A model generated the notes under the pieces. That model was not told where the DNA came from. It made no database searches and saw nothing but the letters and a program-made list of their open reading frames with translations. From Rhodanobacteraceae bacterium (lineage in GTDB: Bacteria; Pseudomonadota; Gammaproteobacteria; Xanthomonadales; Rhodanobacteraceae): a stretch of 64,000 bases of DNA. Below, in pieces: positions 19,116 to 28,115 of the stretch (the stretch's first letter is position 1; every line of letters begins with the position of its first letter). Location of the stretch: assembly GCA_036278635.1 (NCBI GenBank), contig DASUKQ010000165.1, positions 4,607 through 68,606 of the forward strand, in the 5' to 3' direction. A program made the translations under genes and the position numbers.

Positions 19116-19730
19116 ATGGGCAAGGTTCTGAAATTCAAGTCCAGCAGTCCGCGCCCGAAACTCCGTGGCGCCCTGCAACGCGGCGAGTTGGTGCGGGTGT
19201 GGCGCAGCGACCTCGAAGACGGCAGCTTCTGCGGCTACCTCGCCGGCATCGGTCGCGAGTGGCTGCTGATGTGGGTCGTCGGCGACCAGATCGGCTTCGA
19301 CGGCATGTACGCGATGCGCCTGGCCGACATCACCGAGGTCGAGGCCCCGGACGGCCATCACGTCTTCATGGAAAAGGCACTGGCGGTCCGCAACATCCAT
19401 CCACGCCTGCCGCACAATTTTCCACTCGACGACATCAACCAGGTGGTGCGCGCCACGGCCGAATATGCGGCGGTGATGTGCGTGCACGTCGACACCGAGG
19501 ACGAGCACGAAGTCTGCTATATCGGCCGGCCGCTCGGAATCGAGGACGATGGATTCACGTTGCAGGAGATCACTCCGGACGCCGAATGGTTGCGCGAGCC
19601 GTCATTTTTCGGTTGGGACGAGATTTCCACCGTGAGTTTCGACGAACCGTACGCCCAGGTGCTGCTGGATGTCGCCGGACAGCCGCCGCGGATCGACTTT
19701 GCGGGATCGGGCTTCGGATCGGTGCACTGA
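19116..19730 (+). CDS. conserved hypothetical protein
   Basis: Clean 204-aa ORF with normal composition (MGKVLKFKSSSPRPKLRGALQRGELVRVW...). I recognise no family. Confidence 0.6.
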   Translation: MGKVLKFKSSSPRPKLRGALQRGELVRVWRSDLEDGSFCGYLAGIGREWLLMWVVGDQIGFDGMYAMRLADITEVEAPDGHHVFMEKALAVRNIHPRLPHNFPLDDINQVVRATAEYAAVMCVHVDTEDEHEVCYIGRPLGIEDDGFTLQEITPDAEWLREPSFFGWDEISTVSFDEPYAQVLLDVAGQPPRIDFAGSGFGSVH

Positions 19731-19780
19731 GAGCCGTGAATCGGGAATCGGGGATCGGGAAAGCGCAACACTCGAAACTT

Positions 19781-19834
19781 CCACCCCCTTCCGCAGGAAG
19801 GGGGTCACGCGCTGCAGGCGCGCGGGGGGATGTG
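19781..19834. repeat. REP copy, CCCCCTTCC-N4-GGAAGGGGG hairpin + CGCGGGGGGATGTGC family
   Basis: ccacccccttccgcaggaagggggtcacgcgctgcaggcgcgcggggggatgtgc. The related copy is at 51767-51807. Confidence 0.7.
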
Positions 19835-19893
19835 CTCTGCCTTGCTGACTCGCATCAGCCCCCCTTCCGTCGTGCACCGATAACATCGTCGGC

Positions 19894-20310
19894 ATGACCG
19901 CCCCCAAACCCACCGACATCATCCTGCACAAGAAATCGCGCACGCTGGAAGTCGCTTTCGATTCCGGCGAAGCGTTCGTCCTGCCCGCCGAATACCTGCG
20001 TGTGTACTCGCCCAGCGCCGAGGTGCAAGGCCACGGTCCCGGCCAGCAGGTGCTGGTTGCGGGCAAACGCGAGGTCGGGGTCATGGAACTGGAACCGGTC
20101 GGCAATTACGCGGTGGCGCTGCGCTTCACCGACGGCCACGCCACCGGGATCTATTCGTGGGAGGTGCTGCACGAGCTCGGCGTCAAGCAGGCACAGAACT
20201 GGCAGTCCTACCTCGACGCGCTGGAAAAGAACGGCTTGTCGCGCGACCCGTCGTCGTTGTATGGCCATGCCGTACCCCTGCGCGGACCGAAGCCGCGGCA
20301 GGAAACGTAG
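19894..20310 (+). CDS. DUF971 (gamma-butyrobetaine-hydroxylase-like N-terminal domain) protein
   Basis: ...LEVAFDSGEAFVLPAEYLRVYSPSAEVQGHGPGQQVLVAGKREVGVMELEPVGNYAVALRFTDGHATGIYSWEVLHEL matches the DUF971 pattern. Confidence 0.8.
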   Translation: MTAPKPTDIILHKKSRTLEVAFDSGEAFVLPAEYLRVYSPSAEVQGHGPGQQVLVAGKREVGVMELEPVGNYAVALRFTDGHATGIYSWEVLHELGVKQAQNWQSYLDALEKNGLSRDPSSLYGHAVPLRGPKPRQET

Positions 20311-20397
20311 GTTGGGCTGAGCGCTCTTTGCGAAGCCCAACGCTCGTTGCGGAAACGTTGGGCTTCCGCCGATGAAGCCGGCGTCAACCCAACCTAC
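20308..20397. repeat. REP-like palindromic element, GTAGGTTGGGCT...AGCCCAAC...CCCAACCTAC
   Basis: Outer arms gtaggttggg (20308-20317) and cccaacctac (20388-20397), plus internal gttgggct/agcccaac hairpins. The element overlaps both convergent stop codons. Confidence 0.8.
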
Positions 20398-20878
20398 CAG
20401 CGCTGTCGAGCAACGCCGCGCGACGTTCCAGACTTGCCTTCGGCCAGTATTTTTCGCGTTCGTAGTACTCGTGCATCACTGGCACGTTGTCCGGCAGGAT
20501 CACCCACGGCTGCTTCGACATCGTGAAGATGTGGATGTCGGGTGGCAAGCGATCGGGATCGTCGAGCGTACCGACCCGCACGAAGGCGAACAGCGGACCT
20601 GCGCCGGGGTAATGGCTCCACAGCGCGACGCGGCAACGCGGGCAGCGTGCGAAGTCCTGGCCCTTGCCGCTCGCGGAGGGCGTCATGACCATTTCGGGTT
20701 CGCCGTGCAGCCGCTCGACGCACGCGGTCTCGATCAATGCGTTCAACGCGAATGCACTGCCCGATTCGCGCTGGCACCAGCGGCAGTGGCAGCAATGCAC
20801 GAACAACGGCGCGCGCGCGAGCCGGTAACGGATGAACCAGCAATCGCAGCCCCCGTCGAAAGTTTCGGATCGCGTCAT
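20384..20878 (-). CDS. GFA family protein (glutathione-dependent formaldehyde-activating / CENP-V-like zinc protein)
   Basis: GGCDCWFIRYRL...FVHCCHCRWCQRESGSAF...ARCPRCRVALWS shows the characteristic Cys clusters. Confidence 0.85.
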   Translation of the reverse strand: MTRSETFDGGCDCWFIRYRLARAPLFVHCCHCRWCQRESGSAFALNALIETACVERLHGEPEMVMTPSASGKGQDFARCPRCRVALWSHYPGAGPLFAFVRVGTLDDPDRLPPDIHIFTMSKQPWVILPDNVPVMHEYYEREKYWPKASLERRAALLDSAGRLG

Positions 20879-21041
20879 CGTTGTTTCGACTTCGGCATTG
20901 ATCGCACGGCGAGCATCGCGTGGCCAAGACCGGGGTCAGCGTTCGCCTTCCACTGCCACCGTTGGGCGCCGGCAAGTACTGAAAAGGGGACAGTGCCCCG
21001 CAGCAATGCACTCTGGCGCGGTTCCCGCGACGGGGAAAGTC

Positions 21042-24000
21042 TCATTCGACAGCGAACAACGCGTTCAAGTCATCCTCGTCGAACTTCAGCTTGTCGCGGG
21101 TGCCGCCGCCTTCGAGCACGGCCTGCGCCAGCTCGGCCTTGCGCGCCTTCAGGTCCTCGATGCGTTCCTCGACGGTGTCGGCACAAATCAGCCGATACAC
21201 GAACACCGGCTTGTCCTGGCCGATGCGGTGGGCGCGGTCCGACGCCTGCGTCTCCGCCGCGGGATTCCACCACGGATCGTAGTGGATCACCGTATCGGCG
21301 GCGGTGAGGTTGAGGCCCACGCCGCCGGCCTTCAGCGACAGCAGGAACAGCGGTACCTCGCCGTCCTGGAACTTGCGCACCGGTTCGGCGCGGTCGCGGG
21401 TATCCCCGGTCAACGTGACGTACTGCAGGTGACGCCGATTCAATTCGCGCGCGATCAGTGCCAGCATCTCGGTGAACTGGCTGAACAACAGCACCCGCCG
21501 ACCTTCGCTTAGCAGGGCGGGCACCATTTCCATCAGCAGCTCCATCTTGGCGGACTCGCGCACGCCGTGGGCGGCTTCGAGTTTGACGAGGCGCGGGTCG
21601 CAACAGGTCTGGCGCAGCTTCAACAGCGCGTCCAGCACGATGATGCCGCTGTGTTCGATGCCGCGCTGGCGTACCACCTCGCGCACCTCTTCGCCCAGTG
21701 AAACGCGCAAGGCGTCGTACAGTTCGCGTTGCTTCCCCGACAACACCACCCGGCGCGCGATCTCGGTCTTTTCGGGAAGCTCGGCGACCACCTGCGCCTT
21801 CGTGCGGCGCAGGATGAAAGGCGCAATGCGGTGGTTCAGGCGCGCCTGGGAATCGGCGTCGGCCTGGCGTTCGATCGGAATGCGATAGTGGCGACGGAAC
21901 GAGCCTTCGTCGCCCAGCAATCCCGGCACCGCGAGATCGACCTGCGACCACAATTCGCCCAGATGATTTTCCAGCGGCGTGCCGGTCATGCACACCCGCC
22001 GCTTGGCGCCTATGGAGAGCAGCGCACGCCGCGCCTGGGTGCGCGGATTCTTGACCTGCTGCGCCTCGTCCAGCACCACCAGCGCAAAGGGTTGTTCGCG
22101 CAGCACCGACAGGTCGCGCGGCAGCAGCGCATAGCTGGTGAGGATCACGTCGTTGCCAGCCAGGCGGTCGAAGCTCTTGACGCGTTCGGGCCCGTGCAAT
22201 GTCAGGATCTTCAACGAGGGCGCGAAGCGTTCGGTTTCGGCCTGCCAGTTCGGGATCAGGCTGGTGGGCGCCACCACCAGCGCAGGTTGCGTCAGCGCCG
22301 AGTTCTGCTTGAGCGCGAGAATGTGCGCAAGCATCTGCACAGTCTTGCCGAGCCCCATGTCGTCGGCCAGCACTCCACCGAGTCCCGCGCTTGCCAACGC
22401 GTTGAGCCAGCGCAGGCCCTCACGCTGGTAAGGCCGCAACTCGGCATTCAGGCCTTCGGGCACGGCATCGGAAGCATGCTCCGACGCTTCGCGCAGGCGC
22501 GTGGTGAACCCGGTCAGGTCTTTCGGTGCATCGAGCTTGCCGTTCTTCGGCAAGGCTTCGCCGAACTCCTCCAACCGCCCGGCCTGCACGCGTGGCAGGC
22601 GCAGTTTGTCGCGCGGATGCGCGAGATATTCGGCAAGCGGCGCCAACAGCTTGCGCAACGTCGCCAGCGGCACGGCCACCCGGCGGCGGTCGTCGACCGG
22701 CGCGTACCAGATTGCGTCTTCGGTCTCGTTCTCGGGCGCCGTCAGCGACAACGTGTGTTCGGACAATGCCCGGGCGACGGTGGGCAGCAGGTTGACGCGC
22801 TTGCCTTCGACTTCGATGCCCATCTCGAACTCGAATGCCTCGCCGCCGTCGTCCGTGCGCGCGACGCCGTACCAGCGCGGCGGCCCTTCCAGCACCTCGA
22901 ACGGAAAACTCGATGCGTACTCGACGGCGAATCCGTCGTGCTCGAGCTTCTCGCGCACGCCCAGCCAGCGCGCCGGCGTGTTGACCTCCAGCGCGCCGGC
23001 ATAGCCCTTGCCCGGGAATACCCAGGCATCCTCGGGCAGCGTGTCGGCCATGTCCCACGGCAGGCCTTCGCAATCGACCGCGGGGGCCAGCCCGAATGCC
23101 TCGAGGCGTTCCATCGTCGCCAGTTCTTCGGCCCGCTTGCGGATGATCTCGACCAGCTTGCCACTGCGCACGCGACGCACGATCGCTTCACCGCCGCGGC
23201 CGGGCAGACGCTCGCCGCCGTAATCGAAGGCAAGCCGCGCGTAGGCGAGCGGCGGCGTGCCGGCGCCGATCCGCGCGTGGCGGGTCAGTGCCTGGAAGAC
23301 CATCACGGGCTTGGGCGCCAGATCCGAGCGCTGGGCCGTGTCGAACGCCTGCGGCGCCGGCACGCGCGCCGCCCACGGTGATGCGGCCACGCGCTCGGCG
23401 AGGGCTTCCGCATACTCGGGCGCGAGCGGCGGCGCATCGATCAGCGCCACTTCCGCGGGACCCGCATCGAGTGGTCCGAGTTCGGCGCGTTCGGGGTCGA
23501 GATACCACAGGCCGCCGACCCGGACCACACGTTGGTGCGGCGGCAGTTCCGGCAGCAGGCGCTGGCGGCCATCCCGCTCGAGCTGCCAGGCCCATGCCAG
23601 CGGGCGCGGCTTGCCCAACGCAAGGCGCAAGCCGGCAACGCCGCCGAGCAGGCTCGGTGCGGAAGTCAGGAGATCGCGCAGCAAGGCATCGCTGAATGCA
23701 CCGGACAGCTGGGCGTAACTGCGCCCCTTGCGCCGGGTTTGCGGCAGGCCCAGCACGCTCGCTGCGAGCCGGGTCCCGGCTTCCGGCAACCCCGCGTGCA
23801 ACAGTTGCCGGGGATCGAGCGGCACCGCCCTTCCCAGCCGGCCCTTGGCCACGCGTTCCAGCAGCACGGGCGCAACCTCGATGCGCGCCAGCGGCGGCTC
23901 GTGCAGCATTTCCAGCAGGAACCCGAGCGTCGGCGCGTCGGATCTCGTCTCTGCGCCATCGGGACCGGACGACAGCAGGCGCACCCATTCTGCCGGCAAC

Positions 24001-24068
24001 GGGGCGGCCGCGCGGCGCGACGCGGCGCGGGAAGTCGACGCTCCCTGATGATTGCTGTGGTGCTGCAT
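21042..24068 (-). CDS. SNF2-family DEAD/DEAH helicase with large N-terminal domain
   Basis: LRPYQREGLRWLN...LADDMGLGKTVQML...VLDEAQQVKNP...MTGTPLENHL... plus the C-terminal helicase domain (LLFSQFTEML...GGVGLNLTAADTVIHYDPWWNPA.E.QA.DRAHRIGQ). Confidence 0.9.
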   Translation of the reverse strand: MQHHSNHQGASTSRAASRRAAAPLPAEWVRLLSSGPDGAETRSDAPTLGFLLEMLHEPPLARIEVAPVLLERVAKGRLGRAVPLDPRQLLHAGLPEAGTRLAASVLGLPQTRRKGRSYAQLSGAFSDALLRDLLTSAPSLLGGVAGLRLALGKPRPLAWAWQLERDGRQRLLPELPPHQRVVRVGGLWYLDPERAELGPLDAGPAEVALIDAPPLAPEYAEALAERVAASPWAARVPAPQAFDTAQRSDLAPKPVMVFQALTRHARIGAGTPPLAYARLAFDYGGERLPGRGGEAIVRRVRSGKLVEIIRKRAEELATMERLEAFGLAPAVDCEGLPWDMADTLPEDAWVFPGKGYAGALEVNTPARWLGVREKLEHDGFAVEYASSFPFEVLEGPPRWYGVARTDDGGEAFEFEMGIEVEGKRVNLLPTVARALSEHTLSLTAPENETEDAIWYAPVDDRRRVAVPLATLRKLLAPLAEYLAHPRDKLRLPRVQAGRLEEFGEALPKNGKLDAPKDLTGFTTRLREASEHASDAVPEGLNAELRPYQREGLRWLNALASAGLGGVLADDMGLGKTVQMLAHILALKQNSALTQPALVVAPTSLIPNWQAETERFAPSLKILTLHGPERVKSFDRLAGNDVILTSYALLPRDLSVLREQPFALVVLDEAQQVKNPRTQARRALLSIGAKRRVCMTGTPLENHLGELWSQVDLAVPGLLGDEGSFRRHYRIPIERQADADSQARLNHRIAPFILRRTKAQVVAELPEKTEIARRVVLSGKQRELYDALRVSLGEEVREVVRQRGIEHSGIIVLDALLKLRQTCCDPRLVKLEAAHGVRESAKMELLMEMVPALLSEGRRVLLFSQFTEMLALIARELNRRHLQYVTLTGDTRDRAEPVRKFQDGEVPLFLLSLKAGGVGLNLTAADTVIHYDPWWNPAAETQASDRAHRIGQDKPVFVYRLICADTVEERIEDLKARKAELAQAVLEGGGTRDKLKFDEDDLNALFAVE

Positions 24069-24198
24069 CCGCAGTCGTTCCGGCGCTCAAAAGGCTCAAG
24101 CATAGCGCAGTCTGTGCGATCGTCGTACTTGTGCGTTCATCCGTGAACGCTGCTTCGTTCGATGGCACGCGAGGCTCGTGGGCATTGACGATTCGAAA

Positions 24199-24233
24199 GG
24201 CCCTGACTGTTTACAACAGCCGCTTCGAGCGGG
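24199..24233. repeat. REP copy, CTGACT(G/T)T(T/C)(T/C)ACAACAGCCGCTTCGAG family
   Basis: ggccctgactgtttacaacagccgcttcgagcgg aligns with 33852-33880 and 61105-61132. Confidence 0.7.
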
Positions 24234-24250
24234 GCCCCTCCTGAGATCGC

Positions 24251-25270
24251 TCAGCCGAACAGGGTTTCGGGGTATTCGGGCTTGCGTTCGCGTGCCAGCA
24301 GCGAATGCAGGGCGTCGGTGGGGGTCATTTCGCCACGCAGCACGGCCTGCACGTGCTGCGAAATCGGCAGGTCGAGATCGTGGCGACCAGCCAGACGCAT
24401 CACCTCGTCGGCAGTCACCGTGCCCTCGACCACCTGGCCGATGTCGGCGAGTGCCTGCTGGAGCGGCACCCCGCGGCCGAGCGCCTGGCCGAAGCGGTAA
24501 TTGCGCGACAGTTGACCGGTGCAGGTGAGGACCAGGTCGCCCAGGCCCGCGAGGCCCATCAAGGTTTGTGGCTGTGCGCCCAGCGCCGCACCGAGCCGCA
24601 GCATCTCGTTCATGCCGCGGGTGATCAGGCCGGCGCGCGCGTTGAGGCCAAGCTCCATGCCGTCGGCCACCCCGGTCGCCACCGCCAACACGTTCTTCAT
24701 GGCGCCACCCAGTTCGGCCCCCAGCATGTCGTTGCCGGTGTAGGCGCGGAAGGTGTGGGTATGCAGCAGTTCGGCGACGCGATGGGCGAAGGCATCCCCA
24801 CGGGAATGCACCGTGACCGCGGTCGGCATCCCGGCCGCCACTTCGCGCGCGAACGAAGGGCCGGTGACGATCGCCGCCGGGGCCGCCGGCAGGCGCTCGG
24901 CCACGAGTTCATGCAGGAACCGTCCGGTGCCCGGCTCGAAGCCTTTCGTCGCCCACGCAAAGCCGGCGTCATTCGGCAACAGGGGCGCCGCTTCGTCTAG
25001 CATCTGCCGAAAGGCGTGGCTCGGAACCGCCACCAGCGCCAGGTCGACGCCCTGCAGCGCCTCGCCCAGATCCGGTACGCAGGCCAGTTCCGCCGGCAAC
25101 TCGAGGTCCGGCAGATAGCGCCGGTTGCGGCGGCTGGCGGCGATCTGCGCAAGCGCGTCGGCGTCGCGGCCCCACAATCGGGTCGTGACGCCATTGCCAC
25201 ACAACAACGCGGCCAGTGCGGTGCCCCACGAGCCGGCGCCGAGGACGGCAACCGTCGCGCGCGCAACCAT
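24251..25270 (-). CDS. gpsA: NAD(P)H-dependent glycerol-3-phosphate dehydrogenase
   Basis: [17 protein letters not shown]...KGFE...GPSFAREVA...[12 protein letters not shown]. Confidence 0.93.
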   Translation of the reverse strand: MVARATVAVLGAGSWGTALAALLCGNGVTTRLWGRDADALAQIAASRRNRRYLPDLELPAELACVPDLGEALQGVDLALVAVPSHAFRQMLDEAAPLLPNDAGFAWATKGFEPGTGRFLHELVAERLPAAPAAIVTGPSFAREVAAGMPTAVTVHSRGDAFAHRVAELLHTHTFRAYTGNDMLGAELGGAMKNVLAVATGVADGMELGLNARAGLITRGMNEMLRLGAALGAQPQTLMGLAGLGDLVLTCTGQLSRNYRFGQALGRGVPLQQALADIGQVVEGTVTADEVMRLAGRHDLDLPISQHVQAVLRGEMTPTDALHSLLARERKPEYPETLFG

Positions 25271-25273
25271 GGC

Positions 25274-25780
25274 TCAGGCGTTCAGCGTCGGCTTGTCGCC
25301 GCCATCGACGGGTTGCCCCTGCTGCGCCTGCTGCTGTTGCTGGGCGTACAGCGCGTCGAAGTTGATCGGCTGCAACAGCAGCGGCGGGAAGCCGCCATTC
25401 AGGACCAGATCGGAAACAACCTGCCGCGCAAACGGGAACAGCACGTTCGGGCAATAGGTCGCCAGCACCGCCGAGAGATTCTCCTGATCGAAGCCGACGA
25501 AGGAAAACACGCCCGCCTGGTGAACTTCGGCCAGATACGCGGTGCGCTCGTTCAGGGTGCAGGTCACCGTTAGCGTCAGCACGATCTCGTAATTGTTGCC
25601 CTCGATCGCGGTGGCCTTGTGGCTCAGGTTGAGCTGGACCTGCGGCTGGCCCTCCTCCTGGAACACCTTTGGCGCATTCGGAACCTCGAACGACACGTCG
25701 CGGGCATAGATTTTCTGCAGCGACATCTGCATCTGGGGGGCGGCTTGGCCGTTGCTCTGGGCCGGGGTCTGCTCTGCCAT
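25274..25780 (-). CDS. secB: protein-export chaperone SecB
   Basis: [20 protein letters not shown]...[36 protein letters not shown]. Start set at the ATG at 25780. Confidence 0.9.
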   Translation of the reverse strand: MAEQTPAQSNGQAAPQMQMSLQKIYARDVSFEVPNAPKVFQEEGQPQVQLNLSHKATAIEGNNYEIVLTLTVTCTLNERTAYLAEVHQAGVFSFVGFDQENLSAVLATYCPNVLFPFARQVVSDLVLNGGFPPLLLQPINFDALYAQQQQQAQQGQPVDGGDKPTLNA

Positions 25781-26026
25781 GGTCTTGAAGCTCCACTCGG
25801 AAAGGTCAAAGGGTGGAGATTGTCCCACACCCTCGGCCTGCATGCACGTTCCGGATTGCCCGAACCCACTTCGCCTGCTACGCTAAGCGGCTGTCTTGAA
25901 GCCGGCCCGGTGATCCGGGCGTCCCGTCGCGCGACGCGGGGCCGTGCGGCAGTTCCGGCAGATCGCGCTGTACGAAGCCGGGCCGACCTTCCGCGGGCCA
26001 CGCGGAACATCATGAGGAGAACCGCC

Positions 26027-26263
26027 ATGGCACGCGTCTGCCAGGTTACCGGGAAAGGCACGACCACCGGCAACAACGTTTCGCACGCCAACAACAAGAC
26101 CCGCCGCCGCTGGCTGCCCAACCTGCACGAGCGCCGGTTCTGGGTCGCAAGCGAGAACCGCTGGGTGAAACTGCGGGTGTCGGGCAAGGCCCTGCGTACC
26201 ATCGACAAGAACGGCATCGACGCCGTGCTCGCGGATCTGCGGGCGAAAGGGCAAAAGGTCTAA
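26027..26263 (+). CDS. rpmB: 50S ribosomal protein L28
   Basis: [40 protein letters not shown]... Confidence 0.95.
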   Translation: MARVCQVTGKGTTTGNNVSHANNKTRRRWLPNLHERRFWVASENRWVKLRVSGKALRTIDKNGIDAVLADLRAKGQKV

Positions 26264-26274
26264 GGAGAACTCCC

Positions 26275-26439
26275 ATGGCAAGCAAACGCGACAAGATCCG
26301 GCTGATTTCCTCGGCCGGCACCGGCCACTTCTATACCACCGACAAGAACAAGAAGAACACCCCGGACAAGATGTCGGTCAAGAAATACGACCCCGTCGTC
26401 CGCAAGCACGTGATCTACAAGGAAGGCAAGATCAAGTGA
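26275..26439 (+). CDS. rpmG: 50S ribosomal protein L33
   Basis: Too short for the ORF track. My own translation is [59 protein letters not shown] lies upstream, and the gene starts 11 nt after the rpmB stop. Confidence 0.93.
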   Translation: MASKRDKIRLISSAGTGHFYTTDKNKKNTPDKMSVKKYDPVVRKHVIYKEGKIK

Positions 26440-26477
26440 CGCATCGGCGCGCGCACGCAGTGCGCGCCTTTGCCGAT

Positions 26478-26638
26478 GCGTCATCCCGGGGCAACGCGAA
26501 GCGTTGAACCCGGGATCCAGTTTCAAGCGCAAGGCCGCCGCAAGGCGGCCTTCCTTTTTGGCGTGTTCGCGTTTCGTGCGAACGCCTGTGCCATCGCGTC
26601 ATCCCGGGGCCGCGCGAAGCGTTGAACCCGGGATCCAG
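26478..26638 (+). repeat. two direct copies of a GCGTCATCCCGGGG-N-CGCGAAGCGTTGAACCCGGGATCCAG element (the 'VIPAQAGIQ'-like REP class)
   Basis: Copies at 26478-26520 and 26596-26638 are nearly identical, 118 bp apart, and each is followed by a hairpin with a T-tract. Confidence 0.85.
26531..26560 (+). terminator. rho-independent terminator of rpmB-rpmG
   Basis: aaggccgcc-gcaa-ggcggcctt followed by cctttttg. Confidence 0.75.
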
Positions 26639-26776
26639 TGCCTGCTCGTACAGAGCGCGCCGCGAGGCGGCCTTTTCTTTTGTTGGGCGGGGCGACGGCC
26701 CGCGATGGCCGCGACGGGGCGGAATGCGATTCGCCAGTCCCGGCCCGCCGCGCGTCGCGAGCGGTTTTTCCCCGCC

Positions 26777-27418
26777 TCACTGTGCCGCGTGCATGCGCTT
26801 GATGCGAACGACACTGCCGCCGGCGTAGGTCACAACGAAGGTTGCGCCGTCGTGCTCGTAGGACTTCACCGGAATCGGATGGCTGATTTTTTCGTCCTGC
26901 AATTCGAACCGATGCAGGGCCGCCTCCCTGCCGGCGGGAATCAGGGTGAGCGGCGGGCTGATCAGCATGAACTGGGTAAACCCCGTGGGAGTCGGAATGT
27001 CCGGCAGGCGCATCAGCCAGATGAAATACTTGTTTTCGTGCGTGATCCAGATCCGGTAATCGTTGTTGCCGACCGGGGTGAGCGCTCCCGTGTGGCCCCA
27101 CACCCGAACCAGGTGCGCCCGGCTGCAGTCGGCCACCGCGCATTCCTGCAACACCAGGTATTCGTTGTCGTTCAAGCGAAGGGGCCGCACGCTGAGGATG
27201 TCGTCCTTGACCAAGGCACGCGCCGGGAACACTACGTCGGGCATGCGCGGATCGACCTTGAAATCGCCCGAAATCACGTAGCCCCCGTGGTGTTTGGTGT
27301 ACGGAGTCCCGGTCACCGTGATGCCTGGCAGGGTGGTGGTGGTCTGTGCCGATGCGTGCGGAACGCCCGCGCACAGGCACAGCGCGAACAACGCGATGCC
27401 GGCACGTTGCGTCCTCAT
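26777..27418 (-). CDS. secreted hypothetical protein
   Basis: Signal peptide MRTQRAGIALFALCLCAGVPHASA; 213 aa with normal composition; no family recognised. Start set at the ATG at 27418. Confidence 0.6.
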   Translation of the reverse strand: MRTQRAGIALFALCLCAGVPHASAQTTTTLPGITVTGTPYTKHHGGYVISGDFKVDPRMPDVVFPARALVKDDILSVRPLRLNDNEYLVLQECAVADCSRAHLVRVWGHTGALTPVGNNDYRIWITHENKYFIWLMRLPDIPTPTGFTQFMLISPPLTLIPAGREAALHRFELQDEKISHPIPVKSYEHDGATFVVTYAGGSVVRIKRMHAAQ

Positions 27419-27512
27419 CTGCTGGAGACGTTGAGGCTCATGCCATCGGATCGTACTCCAACAGCGCTTCCCGACTGCCCCTTCCCGCGGGAAGAACGAG
27501 CCGGTGGTGGCG

Positions 27513-28037
27513 TCACGCTCCGCAGGCCTCCGCCATCGCATCTTCAAGCGAACGCGCCGGGTGTTCGCGCATCGCCGCAAGGATGGGGCTCGCGACCAGC
27601 GCCAGGTCGATCCCCGCCAGTGCGTACACCAGGTCGCCGCGGTGTGGCGCAAACGCGGAAATGCCCAGCAACAGTACCGTGACGAATGCCACCGAGGCCA
27701 TCAATGCGGCGATAGTGACCAGCGACAACGTGCACGTCGTCGCGCTCCGTGCGACCGGCAACGCGGCGCACCAACCCAACCGCCATCGCTCCACGGCACC
27801 CAGCAATCGTTCGTGCGCGACGGCTGTGCGGCCGTCGCATGCGGCGATTTTTACGGCGGTTACGGGTGGCCGCCCGACGCGAGCAACGAGGTGGCCGCCA
27901 GGCCAACACGCCAGCAGCAACGCGGGAACGCCGACGATTCGCAGGAGCGCAACGGTCCCCGTGCGTCGCAGCACAAGCCAGTCGGCACGGATCGCGGGGT
28001 GCCACAAGGCGCTCATCGCCGCGGATTGTGTCACCAC
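27513..28037 (-). CDS. hypothetical integral membrane protein (weak call)
   Basis: 3-4 hydrophobic segments (VALLRIVGVPALLLACW, LSLVTIAALMASVAFVTVLLLGISAF, LVYALAGIDLALVASPILAA). The third codon position is mostly G/C. An alternative start lies at 28016. Confidence 0.4.
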   Translation of the reverse strand: MVTQSAAMSALWHPAIRADWLVLRRTGTVALLRIVGVPALLLACWPGGHLVARVGRPPVTAVKIAACDGRTAVAHERLLGAVERWRLGWCAALPVARSATTCTLSLVTIAALMASVAFVTVLLLGISAFAPHRGDLVYALAGIDLALVASPILAAMREHPARSLEDAMAEACGA

Positions 28038-28051
28038 AACACGTGTGCAGC

Positions 28052-28081
28052 AAAAAAGCCCGCCTTGCGGGCGGGCTTTTT
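28052..28081. terminator. bidirectional-looking rho-independent terminator, downstream of the desaturase gene
   Basis: aaaaaagcccgcc-ttgc-gggcgggcttttt, a GC stem flanked by an A-tract and a T-tract. Confidence 0.7.
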
Positions 28082-28115
28082 GCCGTGAGGCACTCCAACC
28101 GACGCGGTTGTCCAG

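Noticed and set aside
21729-23381. 550-aa + ORF.
   Set aside because: Antisense to the SNF2 helicase.
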